A DNA stretch of 64,000 nt from the NCBI GenBank assembly GCA_963713955.1, contig OY970216.1, positions 136,075 to 200,074 on the forward strand. Reading direction: 5' to 3'. The position numbers and the translations under genes are program-made. Origin of the DNA: an uncultured bacterium (GTDB lineage Bacteria; Patescibacteriota; Minisyncoccia; UBA6257; GWB1-50-10). Positions 1-10,496 of the stretch are shown here, piece after piece. The notes under the pieces were generated by a model that did not search any database, was not told the DNA's origin, and saw only the letters and a list, made by a program, of their open reading frames with translations. Positions within the stretch are counted from its first letter, which is position 1. Each line of letters begins with the position of its first letter.

Positions 1-24
1 TATCCTGGTCCCGCGCCTAGCTTC

Positions 25-351
25 ATGTGGTTGAAAACAGTCGCTGTCCTCATTTTCCTCGTACTCGTTCTGCCATTTTTCCTCTTTTGGGATGATGTCG
101 TAGAAGCACTCGAGGATGCGCACGATGCGCTTGAGGAGCGATCAGGACACATTAATCTCCAAAGAATACAGCCAGCTGCTCAGCCGCAAGTACAGCAAGC
201 GGCGATAACACAACAACCATCTTCTTCTCCGGGTTGGTTTGAAAAGACCTTCGGAACAGAAGGTAAGTTGTTCGGCAAATTCTTGCCAGTCGAGGTAGCG
301 GGAGAGTTCCTGAGCAAATTCATTTTTCGTTTAATCAAGCTTGCTGAATAG
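25..351 (+). CDS. hypothetical membrane protein (may be 5'-incomplete)
   Basis: 108-aa ORF, N-terminal TM helix, Q/P-rich linker; no recognisable family. Confidence 0.5.
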   Translation: MWLKTVAVLIFLVLVLPFFLFWDDVVEALEDAHDALEERSGHINLQRIQPAAQPQVQQAAITQQPSSSPGWFEKTFGTEGKLFGKFLPVEVAGEFLSKFIFRLIKLAE

Positions 352-370
352 GAAGGAAGGAAGGAAAGAA

Positions 371-1153
371 ATGAAAGACAAGAATAAGAAAATCGGCATT
401 GTTGCTTTAATCGTTCTGGCGCTTTTGGTGAGTCTCGTATTGGGGAACGTGTGGTATTTCCTGCTCTTCGGCGGAATAGCGTTGTTGTTTCATTTTGCGA
501 GGAGCAAAGGGATACCAACCTGGAGTCTCGTACTGGTGCTGTGTATTGTTCTCGTTGCCCTTTTCAAAGCTCGTTTCCCTGATTTGTGGGAAGCGTTTAT
601 TGAATTAGGTGATTCAGGATGCATCGCTGCGAAAACAGTGATAACGCCCGTGAACAAAGGCATCGACAGTGTTCAATTCGAGGTTACGAAACACCTTAGC
701 GGTAATGCGACGGTCGAATACGCGACAGCAGCCAAGAGCATTCTGGATAGTGTTGATAACGGTAGGTGGACAGCGGTCCAAGGTCAAGTCGAGCTTTACA
801 AGCTCGACAGCCTGAAGCTGAAGAAGCTATCCGCTGCACCGCAGCCTCAGTTTCAACCCCAGTCGCCCCAGCTCCAGCCACAAGTCCTTACCTCCGATAC
901 CGTTGTGTGCGGTATTGGGGAGTACACGATCCGCCTTGATAGCACCTCCCGGTACGTCGAGATACCACCAACTGTGCGGAAGAACATCGGTTGCTTTCCG
1001 ACGATCGGATATATTGTCAGCTTTACTGACAATGGGCAGATTGATAGCGTGGCAGTTAATCAGGATGCTCGTTTCGGGAAGCACTGGCCGTGTGATTTTA
1101 CGGTCAGAGCGCTCGGGCCGACGAGTGGCCTACTCACATTAAAGTGTGAGTAA
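371..1153 (+). CDS. hypothetical membrane protein (N-terminal TMs, PQ-rich linker, C-terminal beta domain)
   Basis: ATG at 371 after purine-rich GGAAGG tract; hairpin follows the stop. Confidence 0.65.
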   Translation: MKDKNKKIGIVALIVLALLVSLVLGNVWYFLLFGGIALLFHFARSKGIPTWSLVLVLCIVLVALFKARFPDLWEAFIELGDSGCIAAKTVITPVNKGIDSVQFEVTKHLSGNATVEYATAAKSILDSVDNGRWTAVQGQVELYKLDSLKLKKLSAAPQPQFQPQSPQLQPQVLTSDTVVCGIGEYTIRLDSTSRYVEIPPTVRKNIGCFPTIGYIVSFTDNGQIDSVAVNQDARFGKHWPCDFTVRALGPTSGLLTLKCE

Positions 1154-1160
1154 ATTTCGA

Positions 1161-1193
1161 AGCGCGCCAAAAGGATTTTCCTTGCGGCGCGCT
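1161..1193. terminator. intrinsic terminator-like hairpin between convergent genes
   Basis: AGCGCGCC..AAGG-attt-CCTT..GGCGCGCT inverted repeat. Confidence 0.6.
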
Positions 1194-1213
1194 AACTATT
1201 TTATAAGGGATAA

Positions 1214-1489
1214 CTATTGCAAGAACTGTTGGATGATGGTGATGATACCGGTTGCGAGAATGCCGATCGCGACGGCGACGGCCGCGTAGATGATTTGTTT
1301 CTGTCCCTTTTTGACTCTCTCGGCGTTGTCGTCGGCCGTCAGTATGTTGAAAGCGCCGACCAATATGAAAAGCACGGCGAGGGCGAGAAGGACGGAATAC
1401 AAAGCTCCGGAAATCCTCGTGATGGCGTTCACCACTCCCGTCGGGGTGGTTATGGAAGTTGTGGCATAAGCGGTGTTTATCAAGTTCAT
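1214..1489 (-). CDS. TrbC/VirB2-like pilin
   Basis: Two TM helices flanking 'GAFNILTADDNAERVKKGQKQIIYAAVAVAI', the CPR pilin motif. Confidence 0.8.
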   Translation of the reverse strand: MNLINTAYATTSITTPTGVVNAITRISGALYSVLLALAVLFILVGAFNILTADDNAERVKKGQKQIIYAAVAVAIGILATGIITIIQQFLQ

Positions 1490-1513
1490 TGGTTTTATTA
1501 TATCAAAAAACCG

Positions 1514-2359
1514 TTACTGGTTTGTGCAGACATTGAGCTCGCCGGTAAATGCACAATTCGCCGATGTACAACAGTAATTACTTGAACACTCATCGTTGGT
1601 GGTGCAGCTCTCACCGTTTTGCTTTTTCTCGGCACACCGGTACTGCTTGTTACAGTAGCCACTTACACAACCTTCGTTATTGGAGCACATCTCTCCATTT
1701 CCGAACTTGGTGAAACATACCCAGTTACCGCTCCCGCTCCTTGATTCGTCGCAAAATTGGTTTGGCAGGCACCCAGTTGATCTACAATCGAGGGGCGGTG
1801 GCTGAGATATTACTGCACAGTGTTCCGCTACACATGTCTGTCCGGATGGGCAGGGATTTGCATCAGAACACTGATCACCAGTAAGATCCACGCAGTAATC
1901 ACTTAAGCATGTTTGACCACTGGGACAGTCGGATGGTTTCACACAGCTTGTGAAAACGTTGTTTGGGTTGACGCCACTTTGGCTGCTTGATATGGCGTCG
2001 AAGAATGAGGTTATGATAAGTATAATTCCTCCCGAGATCACGGCTATGACGAGGGCGATAAGAGAGTTTTTCAGTATCTTCTTCGCCTTTTTGATCTTCT
2101 CGTCGTTTCCAGCCGCCGTCATAAAGTTGAAGGCAGATATTAGGATGAAAAGCAAAACAAGCCCTATTATTATCCCATAGAACCAATTTCTGCCCGTATT
2201 GATCGTGTCTATAACTGCGTTTATCCCCCCTTTCGAGATGCTCGTTTGAGGAGGTGCGGACATGACCGGAGACTGTATCGGCGGAACCTGCGCAAAAGCC
2301 GATGCCGCCCATCCGAGCGGCATCAACGATACGGCAATTATTTTTAATATCTTAGGCAT
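1514..2359 (-). CDS. VirB2-like pilin with Cys-rich C-terminal repeats
   Basis: Signal peptide (AFAQ), pilin core 'TAAGNDEKIKKAKKIL', then repeated C-x5-C-x5-C-x4-C-like modules. Confidence 0.8.
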   Translation of the reverse strand: MPKILKIIAVSLMPLGWAASAFAQVPPIQSPVMSAPPQTSISKGGINAVIDTINTGRNWFYGIIIGLVLLFILISAFNFMTAAGNDEKIKKAKKILKNSLIALVIAVISGGIILIITSFFDAISSSQSGVNPNNVFTSCVKPSDCPSGQTCLSDYCVDLTGDQCSDANPCPSGQTCVAEHCAVISQPPPLDCRSTGCLPNQFCDESRSGSGNWVCFTKFGNGEMCSNNEGCVSGYCNKQYRCAEKKQNGESCTTNDECSSNYCCTSANCAFTGELNVCTNQ

Positions 2360-2380
2360 AGATAATCCTTATGCCGATTG

Positions 2381-2749
2381 TTATTGAGTCCCTCGATTTA
2401 TCAAGAAGCCTTGTATTACAGCCACTATACCCTTCGAGAGTACTGCGAGTGCGATGGCTATGATGGCGTATGTCAGGGTTTTCTTGGCTTTCTTGACTCT
2501 CTCGTCATTGCCAGCCGCGGTGGCATAGAAAAATGCCGCGACTATTATCATGCCGATGCCGAGAACGAGAAGTATGCCGAAGAGCCAGTTGACCACCGTG
2601 TTCAGCGTATCTCCAATTTGGGTGTAGCTTGTGTATGTGTTATTTAACCCACTTGGCAGTGTTCCTGGCGTTACAATCTGCGCAAACGCCACAAAGGGCA
2701 GTATGCTCGCTCCGTAGATTATCGCCTTTACGATATTTGTCTTTTTCAT
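2381..2749 (-). CDS. TrbC/VirB2-like pilin
   Basis: Signal peptide (AFAQ); 'TAAGNDERVKKAKKTLTYAII'. Confidence 0.85.
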   Translation of the reverse strand: MKKTNIVKAIIYGASILPFVAFAQIVTPGTLPSGLNNTYTSYTQIGDTLNTVVNWLFGILLVLGIGMIIVAAFFYATAAGNDERVKKAKKTLTYAIIAIALAVLSKGIVAVIQGFLINRGTQ

Positions 2750-2785
2750 GGTTTTATCTTTATCCCCACGACCTTTGAAAATAAG

Positions 2786-3223
2786 TTAACCGTTCAGTAG
2801 TATTTTGACAATACTTATAATACCGCTCCCTATCAAAATTATACCATATCCGATGGCGGTGTAAAGAATGGTTTTCTTGCCTTTCTCGAACCCCTCCGGC
2901 TTGCCGCCGGACGTGAGAATTTGAATGCCCCCCACGATGATCATAAGGGCGGCGACGGCTCCGCCGACCGTCACGAGCCACTTCATGATGTTGCTGATGA
3001 TTCCCTCAATATCGTTCGTCGTGCCAAGGGGATTGACGAGGGAGATTGAGGTCTGGGTTGGTTGAGAGGGAGGATTTGGTGTTATTTGTTGGTTAGGAGG
3101 GTTAGGCGTTGTGTTGTCTGCTGCTAGAGTTATATGCATGGGCATAAGTTGCGCCGAGATCACGGTCGCACTCGATATTAGAATTAGTGCAATTGCCAGA
3201 GTTTCGGATTTCATTGTTTTCAT
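2786..3223 (-). CDS. TrbC/VirB2-like pilin
   Basis: 'LVNPLG' motif; 'GGIQILTSGGKPEGFEKGKKTILYTAIG'. Confidence 0.85.
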   Translation of the reverse strand: MKTMKSETLAIALILISSATVISAQLMPMHITLAADNTTPNPPNQQITPNPPSQPTQTSISLVNPLGTTNDIEGIISNIMKWLVTVGGAVAALMIIVGGIQILTSGGKPEGFEKGKKTILYTAIGYGIILIGSGIISIVKILLNG

Positions 3224-3238
3224 TATAGCAGAAACCGA

Positions 3239-4378
3239 TTATTTGCATGACGGCGACTCAACTATGAGACACGTGCCGTCAGAACTCACACCATTTATGT
3301 TGTTACAACTCGTCCCGTCGGGGCTACAAGCGTATTTGCCGTCAGATGCGATTTTTGCAAATGTGTAGTCGCTGGGGAAACCGATCTGCGTCTTGTACTG
3401 CTGATTCAGCATTGAGACAGCATTTTGGTTACACCAGTCCTTATAAAGGAATGGCATGGTGCCGACTGGGTAGGTTTGCGCGTTTTCGGGCGCACCTTGT
3501 ATGTTTTGCGGCGTTGTTCCGCAGGCAAACCTACCGTCATTGGCTATCGCTGCGTATAGGGAGGCACCGTTTGCACATTGCGTCTTATGGATTAGTAGAC
3601 ATGAATCGTCAGAGCTCACGCTGCTGTCGTTTATATCGTTGCAGCTTTTACCGCTCACGCTGCAAGAATATTGGCCGCTTGCGGAAAGTTTGGCAAATGT
3701 CCAGTCAGTCGTCCAAGACAAAGGATATTTGTTTAACTGGTCCGCTGCATTTACTCCGCAATAATTTGACGCCAAGAATGGCATTGTGCCTAATGGATAG
3801 ATTATAGCATGCGCCGGTACATTTATTACCCCTTGTTGTGTAGTGCTACAAATGAAAATGCCGTTGTTTGCTATCGCCGCATAGAGAGCGACAGGCGGAT
3901 TATTATTTATGTTGTTGGTGATGTTTATTGTCGGCGGCTGGGGATTATGCTGGCAGTTAATTTGGTTCCAGGCGAAGCTGGAGTTGCCCGTTAGGACGTG
4001 TATCAGCGTTCCTACGACAATCCACGAGACGAGAGCGATTGCAACGCCGGTCACGGCCTTCACGAGTATGCTTTTCCCTTTCTTGAAATTGTTTTCGCTG
4101 CCGCCGGAGATGATCATCGTGATTCCCCCGACGACGATCATAACCCCCCCGATCGTGAACGAAAAGTCGAGAAGGATCCCAATGATGTTGTTCGCGACGA
4201 TCAGGGCATCGCAAAAATCGCAGGAGGCAACGGGTCCACCCTTCGTGCTCCCTGCGGCGCACTGAGTTCCCTTCCAGATGCCGGTGCCCGCAGCGTACGA
4301 AAAGCTGAAACTTACAAGGAAAATAAGAAACCCCACAAGCAAAATCTCGGCCGATCTTTTTTCTAAGGATTTTTTCAT
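3239..4378 (-). CDS. VirB2-like pilin with tandem-duplicated Cys-rich C-terminal domain
   Basis: 'CDFCD' plus pilin core 'SGGSENNFKKGKSIL'; two repeats starting LYAAIAN. Confidence 0.8.
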   Translation of the reverse strand: MKKSLEKRSAEILLVGFLIFLVSFSFSYAAGTGIWKGTQCAAGSTKGGPVASCDFCDALIVANNIIGILLDFSFTIGGVMIVVGGITMIISGGSENNFKKGKSILVKAVTGVAIALVSWIVVGTLIHVLTGNSSFAWNQINCQHNPQPPTINITNNINNNPPVALYAAIANNGIFICSTTQQGVINVPAHAIIYPLGTMPFLASNYCGVNAADQLNKYPLSWTTDWTFAKLSASGQYSCSVSGKSCNDINDSSVSSDDSCLLIHKTQCANGASLYAAIANDGRFACGTTPQNIQGAPENAQTYPVGTMPFLYKDWCNQNAVSMLNQQYKTQIGFPSDYTFAKIASDGKYACSPDGTSCNNINGVSSDGTCLIVESPSCK

Positions 4379-5691
4379 CAGAATCCCCCTCCGCTATTCA
4401 TTATACCAGTTATCTGGTCTTGGGCCTGCTTGAGAGCCGAATACGAATTGCCCTGGCCGGTTACCAAGGAGTCGATCATCTGGGAGAAGACGGGGTTTAT
4501 CGAACTCCTCTCGGGGCCGTACCAGGATCGGGCGTAAAGCGCCTGCTTCGCGAAAACCGACAGATTCGGGTCGTTGAGGTAATTGTTGATTAAGGAAAGA
4601 AGCGCCGGCGGATTGCCTGACGCTTTGACGTACAAATCGGCGGCCCCGGGGTTCGTGGTCATAAATTGCACGAAGTTCCAGGCAAGTCCCGCAACTCTGC
4701 TCTGCTTGGACACTGTGAAGCCGAGGTATTGCGGGGACGAAACGAAAATAGTCGAGGAAGCCGGCTGGGGCACCGGAGCGATTCCGTAATTGAGGAACGA
4801 GTTTTTTGCCTTAAGGTTGTTCTCCGCCGACTCGTAATCGAAAATCATGGCGACTTTGTTCTCCGCGAAGGCGTCGATCGAGTCGGACATGTTGTAGTTC
4901 CAGGTGTAATAAGCGCTTCCGGGATTGGAGAATTGAGTGTAAAAGCTCACGGCGGCAAGGCCGCTTGAAGAATCGAACGTCGCCGCGTTCTTGGTTTTGT
5001 CAGTTATTTGCGTGCCGTTCTGGAGCATGAGGAGCGACAAGATGCCCGTCGCGTTGTCTATGTTCGCGTCCGAGGTTCCCACGGCAGCCGCCGCCTGAGT
5101 GATAGTTCCGGTCGACGAGATCTCGGTCAATTTCGGGATCATGGCGTCGAAACCCTGCCAAGTCGACGGCGGATACACGATGCCGGCCTTGGCAAAGAGA
5201 TCTTTGTTATAGAAGAGAGCTAAGGTATCGATTGAGAGCGGGAGTCCGTAGACAGAGCTGCCGGAGACGAAATCCTGGCTGACGACCTGCGGAAAATCTT
5301 GCTGTAAATTCAGGAGTGAGAACTGCGTCGGCGAGAGCGGGATGATCTTATTGAGGTAATTCGGAAGCTCGGTCGAGGGGATCATGAAAATATCCGGCGA
5401 CTGCCCCGCGGCCATGGCTTCCAAAAGCGCATTGGTGTAGGCGTTGTAATCAGTGAACTGCCTGAGGTTTATTTTCACGTTCGGAAACGTGGCGTTGTAG
5501 GCGGCGACGATTGACGTGTAATAAGAAAGATCGTCTCCGTAGAGCCACGCGGTGAGCGTTCCCTGCACGCTCGCAGGGTTGGTGGTGGTGTTTTTGGATC
5601 CGGGCAATATCCCGGCGAAGATGAGTCCGAAGATCAGTATGACGAGAATCGCTCCACCGAAAATGATAAGTTGGGTTTTGGTTAAAGACAT
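4378..5691 (-). CDS. extracellular solute-binding protein (family 1, sugar-type)
   Basis: N-terminal anchor; 'PDIFMI', '[19 protein letters not shown]', 'PSTW' motifs. Confidence 0.85.
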   Translation of the reverse strand: MSLTKTQLIIFGGAILVILIFGLIFAGILPGSKNTTTNPASVQGTLTAWLYGDDLSYYTSIVAAYNATFPNVKINLRQFTDYNAYTNALLEAMAAGQSPDIFMIPSTELPNYLNKIIPLSPTQFSLLNLQQDFPQVVSQDFVSGSSVYGLPLSIDTLALFYNKDLFAKAGIVYPPSTWQGFDAMIPKLTEISSTGTITQAAAAVGTSDANIDNATGILSLLMLQNGTQITDKTKNAATFDSSSGLAAVSFYTQFSNPGSAYYTWNYNMSDSIDAFAENKVAMIFDYESAENNLKAKNSFLNYGIAPVPQPASSTIFVSSPQYLGFTVSKQSRVAGLAWNFVQFMTTNPGAADLYVKASGNPPALLSLINNYLNDPNLSVFAKQALYARSWYGPERSSINPVFSQMIDSLVTGQGNSYSALKQAQDQITGIMNSGGGF

Positions 5692-8126
5692 ACGATGCCT
5701 ACTAACTTATCGCCTTTATCTAAGTTCATGATTTTTACTCCCTGCGTCGCCCGGCCGAGGATCCGCACGTCTTTAAGGGGCAACTTAATCGCTTGGCCCC
5801 GGGAAGAAAAAGCGATGATCTCTTCCGTTTCGGGGCCGACCACGTGGGCGCCTATCACAGGGCCGGTTTTCTCGGTGATTTTGGCCGTTTTGATGCCAGA
5901 ACCGCCCCTCCTTTGTATTTTATACTCTTTGAGGTTTGTTTGCTTCCCGAAGCCGTTCGCAGTCACGGCCAAGAGCTTCGATTCGGATATCGATTTGGCC
6001 GATACGACGTCGGCGCCGGAGACCGCATCTCTCTTTTTGAGTTTTATGGCCTTCACTCCTCCGGCAGTCCGACCCATGCTCCTGATGTCTTTTTCTTTGA
6101 ATCGGATGGCCTGTCCGAGGCTCGTCGCGAGGATGATTTCATCACCGCCCCCGGAAAGCTTCACCCACAAGAGCGCGTCGTCCCCGGCGAGCTTCACGGC
6201 TATGATCCCGTTCCTCCTCACGTTTTGGAAATCCTTGAGTGTCGTTTTCTTTATTACGCCGCCCTTGGTTATCATAACCAAAAATCCTTCCGTCGTGTCC
6301 TTTGGATAGGAAATCACGGTCGAGACTTTTTCGTTTACGGGCACCTCGAGGAAATTGTAGATCGACTTCCCTTTGGAGGTTCTCGTCGCTTCCGGTATTT
6401 CATAGGCCTTGGTTTGGAACGCCCGCCCTTTGCTCGTGAAAAACAAAACGTTGTCATGGGTATTTGCGTAAATGATCTGGGAGATTTTATCTTCCTCTTT
6501 CAATTCCGCGCCGATCAAACCCTTGCCGCCGCGTTTTTGCGAACGGAACGTACCCGGCGGCATCCGCTTGATGTAACCGTCCTCGGAAACCGTTATGATC
6601 GAGTCGCCTTCGGGTATAAGATCCTCTTCGTTGAACTCTTTGAGACCGCCGGCTACTATTTTCGTCTTGCGTTCATCGCCGAACGTCTTTTTAAGTTCGG
6701 CAAGGTCGCTCTCTATGATGCCGAGGATTCTCTTTGGATCCTTCAAGATGGCCTTGAGTTCGGCGATGAGTTTTTTCTTTTCGGCGAGTTCGTCTTCCAG
6801 TTTTTGCCGTTCGAGCGCCGCCAAAGACTGCAGTTTCATTTCCAATATGGCTTCCGCCTGTACGGCCGTCAGTTTGAAGTTCTTCATCAAGTTTTCCTTG
6901 GCCGTTTCCTTGTCTTTGGATTTCTTGATGGTGGCGATTATTTTGTCTATGACATCCAGGGCTTTCACGAGGCCCTCCAGGATGTGGGCCCGCTCCTCGG
7001 CTTTCTTGAGATCGAATTCTGTTCTTCTCGTTATGACAAGTTTCCGGTGTTCGAGATAGTACGAAAGGATATCCTTCAAGGAAAGGACTTGCGGCTGGAT
7101 GCCGTCGACGAGGGCCAGCGTGTTGTAGTAAAAATTTTTCTGGAGTTCGGTGTACTCGAAAAGCTGGTTCAGGATCTTCTGGGGATTGGAATCGTTCTTA
7201 AGCTCGACCACGATCCGCAATCCTTCCCGATCCGATTCGTCGCGGACGTCCCGGATACCTTCTATTTTTTTCTCTTGGACCAGTTCCGCAATCTTCGTCA
7301 CGAGATCTGATTTGTTGACCTGATAGGGGATCTCTGTGACGACAATCTGAAAGCTGCCGCTTTTCCTCTCCTCTATCTCAGCCTTCGCCCGCATCGTGAT
7401 AGATCCTTTTCCAGTCGAGTAGGCTTCTTCAAGCGATTTTTTGCCGTAGACGATGCCGCCGGTCGGGAAGTCTGGCCCCTGGATGAACTGCATGAGATCC
7501 TTCACGGTCGCGTCCGGGTGTTTGGTAAGATGAACGATCGCATCGGCCACTTCGTCGAGGTTGTGTGGAGGAATGGACGTCGCCATGCCGACGGCGATCC
7601 CGACCGTGCCGTTCAGGAGCAGGTTGGGGAGTTTTGCCGGCAGGAATCGCGGTTCCTCGCGGGTCGAGTCGTAGTTGGGTATCCAGTTCACGGTCTCCTT
7701 CTCGATGTCCATAAGCATTTCTTCCGCGATTCTTGAGATCCTACTTTCGGTATATCTCATCGCCGCAGGGCTGTCGCCGTCAACCGAGCCCCAGTTGCCT
7801 TGGCCGTCGATTAAGGGGTAACGCAATGAAAAATCCTGGGCCATGCGGGCCAAAGCATCATAGACCGCCATGTCGCCGTGCGGGTGGTATTTCCCCAAGA
7901 CTTCCCCGACAACATTAGCGGATTTTTTGAATTTGGCGTTATGAGTAAGCCCTGTGTCCCACATTGCCCAGAGGATTCTCCGTTGGACTGGTTTTAGGCC
8001 GTCCCGGACGTCCGGAAGCGCACGGGACACGATGACTGACATCGCGTAATCCAAGTAGCTCTCCGAAAGTTCCTCGGTTATCTCTTTTTCTTCTATTTTG
8101 CCTTGTTCCTTTTTCTCTTCGCTCAT
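5682..8126 (-). CDS. gyrA: DNA gyrase subunit A
   Basis: '[16 protein letters not shown]', 'YHPHGD', 'AAMRYTE', GyrA box 'QKRGGKG'. Confidence 0.98.
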   Translation of the reverse strand: MSEEKKEQGKIEEKEITEELSESYLDYAMSVIVSRALPDVRDGLKPVQRRILWAMWDTGLTHNAKFKKSANVVGEVLGKYHPHGDMAVYDALARMAQDFSLRYPLIDGQGNWGSVDGDSPAAMRYTESRISRIAEEMLMDIEKETVNWIPNYDSTREEPRFLPAKLPNLLLNGTVGIAVGMATSIPPHNLDEVADAIVHLTKHPDATVKDLMQFIQGPDFPTGGIVYGKKSLEEAYSTGKGSITMRAKAEIEERKSGSFQIVVTEIPYQVNKSDLVTKIAELVQEKKIEGIRDVRDESDREGLRIVVELKNDSNPQKILNQLFEYTELQKNFYYNTLALVDGIQPQVLSLKDILSYYLEHRKLVITRRTEFDLKKAEERAHILEGLVKALDVIDKIIATIKKSKDKETAKENLMKNFKLTAVQAEAILEMKLQSLAALERQKLEDELAEKKKLIAELKAILKDPKRILGIIESDLAELKKTFGDERKTKIVAGGLKEFNEEDLIPEGDSIITVSEDGYIKRMPPGTFRSQKRGGKGLIGAELKEEDKISQIIYANTHDNVLFFTSKGRAFQTKAYEIPEATRTSKGKSIYNFLEVPVNEKVSTVISYPKDTTEGFLVMITKGGVIKKTTLKDFQNVRRNGIIAVKLAGDDALLWVKLSGGGDEIILATSLGQAIRFKEKDIRSMGRTAGGVKAIKLKKRDAVSGADVVSAKSISESKLLAVTANGFGKQTNLKEYKIQRRGGSGIKTAKITEKTGPVIGAHVVGPETEEIIAFSSRGQAIKLPLKDVRILGRATQGVKIMNLDKGDKLVGIVCL

Positions 8127-8169
8127 GGTCGGGTATCAAAACTAAATCATTTTAATCCAAAAAGCACAT

Positions 8170-8652
8170 CTACGGTAGCGGGGTCGGCGGTATTGCTTCC
8201 GGCGCGCCGAGGGTCGTCGTCTCTTCGCTTGTGCTTTCGGTCGAAGTTCCGGGATTTTCCAGATTGAGGTTGTTGGTTTTTCTGAATTCGTTTTTTATCT
8301 GATTGATGGTGCCGGTCCACCAGTTTTTGAGTGAGCCGACGGCACCCGTGAAACTGTTCCCGGTTGAATCTTTTATTTCAGCGAAACCTCTCCCGAGAGT
8401 CTGAAAGAAAGAATTTTGATTTTCATTTTGGCTCGGCTGGGGGAGATAGTTAAACGTGGAGGTTTCTGCCGCGGTTGACGATGCGGTGTTATCGGTTACT
8501 GCCGGTACGCTCGTGTTGAGGTACAGAATCCACAAGAAAATGACGATGACCATGGAAACGGAAGAAGCGATAACCAGGTACTTTTTCTTGGTCTTTTCGT
8601 CGCGGCTCTGGGCTCTCTTGATGAAATCGTTTACTTGCTGGATCTTGAGCAT
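8170..8652 (-). CDS. hypothetical single-TM protein
   Basis: 160-aa ORF, one TM, S/T-rich tail, co-oriented in operon. Confidence 0.7.
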   Translation of the reverse strand: MLKIQQVNDFIKRAQSRDEKTKKKYLVIASSVSMVIVIFLWILYLNTSVPAVTDNTASSTAAETSTFNYLPQPSQNENQNSFFQTLGRGFAEIKDSTGNSFTGAVGSLKNWWTGTINQIKNEFRKTNNLNLENPGTSTESTSEETTTLGAPEAIPPTPLP

Positions 8653-8658
8653 CTGGAA

Positions 8659-9231
8659 TTAGGATGCGATCCATTTGACGGCCATGGCTTTGGGAGTAAT
8701 ATCCTTCTTTTTGACGGTAAGCTTTTCTTCGGCCTTCACGCCGTTTTCCTGCCCCAGTTCTTTAAAGAGTTCTCGCGGATTCTTAGTGAATGAAGGAATC
8801 ACAACGCCCGGCTCGGTTTGCCGTATTATTTTAGCTGCTCCGGAAGCACTCAAGTACGGTTTTTCTCCGCCGGGGATTATCAATATATCGCAGTTCTGGA
8901 GAATCTCCAGGGTTTTAGGATCTGGATCTTTCTTGACCGGTCCCAGGATTCCTATCTCGATGTCATCGAACGCGATGCGGTAAGCCGTCTTTTCCATATT
9001 GTCTTCGTAAGCTGCCGTCCTTCCTTCCACTCTCGCGCCCGATACGTCGTATTCTCCCTGGTTGTCGACAAAAAACGGCCCACTTTCCTCGGGAGAAACC
9101 TTTGCGGGTTTCACGGTCGAAAGAACCAGGATGGATCCCTTGAATGATCTCTGGTTGTCGGGATCAACGAGGATCGTTTTTTCTCCGGATTGCAGTTTGA
9201 AGTACCCTTCTCCGTTGCAAGTTATTATCAT
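8659..9231 (-). CDS. metallo-beta-lactamase-fold protein (degenerate metal site)
   Basis: 'ILVDP', 'GEYDVSG', 'DILIIPGG', 'EPGVVIP'; HxHxDH absent. Confidence 0.7.
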   Translation of the reverse strand: MIITCNGEGYFKLQSGEKTILVDPDNQRSFKGSILVLSTVKPAKVSPEESGPFFVDNQGEYDVSGARVEGRTAAYEDNMEKTAYRIAFDDIEIGILGPVKKDPDPKTLEILQNCDILIIPGGEKPYLSASGAAKIIRQTEPGVVIPSFTKNPRELFKELGQENGVKAEEKLTVKKKDITPKAMAVKWIAS

Positions 9232-9353
9232 ATGTATTTATTTTAGCGCCGGAGACGTTAAATCTCAAGAAGAATCTGTATTTGATATTTCTCATCACCT
9301 TTGCTACCATTTTGTAGCTTGGTGCCCTATCAACGGCATTTGGGCAAAAAATA

Positions 9354-10445
9354 ATGACGATAAACATAAAAAACGGGGGCGGTTCGATAGGCCAAATTTT
9401 GAAAACCAACCACTCTTTTTTGCCGACCCTCCGGGCGGGCGATCTGGTCGAAGGCAAGGTTCTCGAGAAGGGTTCTGCGAAGCTCTTCGTTGATCTCGGC
9501 AAGTACGGGACAGGCGTCGTCTATCGGGGTGAACTCCAGAATGCGAGGGAGTTCGTAAAAAATCTCGGTGTGGGCGACCCCGTCCACGGCAAGGTGATCG
9601 ACATAGACAATGAAGAAGGATTCGTGGAGTTGTCACTCTCGGAGGCCGACAAACAAAAAGCCTGGACCGAGGTGCAGGAACTCAAAGACAAAGACGAGAT
9701 ACTGACCGTCAAAATTTCAGGGTTCAACAAGGGTGGCCTCATAGTGGATCTGAAGAGCCTCTCCGCCTTTTTGCCGGTTTCCCAGCTTTCCAATGAGCAC
9801 TATCCCAAAGTCAGCGCGGAGGATCGGTCAAAAATCTTACAATCGCTCCAGCTTCTCGTGGGCTCCGAACTCAAAGTGAGAATCATCGACGTGAATCCCC
9901 GAACGACGAAGCTCATCATCTCCGAACGGGCGGCCGAGGAAATGAGCGCGCGGGACCTCGCCAAGAACTATTCCGTGGGGCAAGTCATCGAGGGTATTGT
10001 CTCCGGCGTGGCTGACTTTGGCGTATTCGTCCGGTTCACGGACAACCCGGCCGTGGAAGGATTCATCCATGTGTCGGAAATTGACTGGAAGATGATAGAA
10101 AATCCGAAGGAAGTTCTGAAAGTCGACGAAGTGGTGAAAGCGAAGATCGTGGACATAAAAGACGGGAGGATTTCCCTTTCTCTCAAGGCACTTAAGGAGA
10201 ATCCCTGGACCAAGGTTTTGGAGTATTTCAAGGACGGCGATGAAGTCAAGGGAACAGTCTATCTCTTTAACCCGTTCGGAGCGGTCATAAGCCTGGAGCA
10301 CGACTTCCAGGGCGTGATACGGGTCACCGAGTTCGGGGGAGTCCCTGAGATGAAAAAACAGATTTCGCAGGGGGAGGAATATTCGTTTATAATAGAATCG
10401 GTGAAGCCCGAAGAGCGAAGAATCAACCTCAAATTAAAGAAATAA
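9354..10445 (+). CDS. rpsA: 30S ribosomal protein S1 (short, about 4 S1 domains)
   Basis: Repeated S1 motifs 'NKGGLIV', 'FGVFV...EGFIHVSE'. Confidence 0.9.
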   Translation: MTINIKNGGGSIGQILKTNHSFLPTLRAGDLVEGKVLEKGSAKLFVDLGKYGTGVVYRGELQNAREFVKNLGVGDPVHGKVIDIDNEEGFVELSLSEADKQKAWTEVQELKDKDEILTVKISGFNKGGLIVDLKSLSAFLPVSQLSNEHYPKVSAEDRSKILQSLQLLVGSELKVRIIDVNPRTTKLIISERAAEEMSARDLAKNYSVGQVIEGIVSGVADFGVFVRFTDNPAVEGFIHVSEIDWKMIENPKEVLKVDEVVKAKIVDIKDGRISLSLKALKENPWTKVLEYFKDGDEVKGTVYLFNPFGAVISLEHDFQGVIRVTEFGGVPEMKKQISQGEEYSFIIESVKPEERRINLKLKK

Positions 10446-10496
10446 GCAGCTACGGAATACGAATCTCTTACGAATTCGTAATTCGTAGAGAAACTC

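Noticed and set aside
5793-7310. 505-aa plus-strand ORF (also 10259..11158, 25265..26365, 26594..27523, 41870..42991)
   Set aside because: Antisense shadows of gyrA, ftsH, nusA, hppA and the surface protein, explained by codon bias
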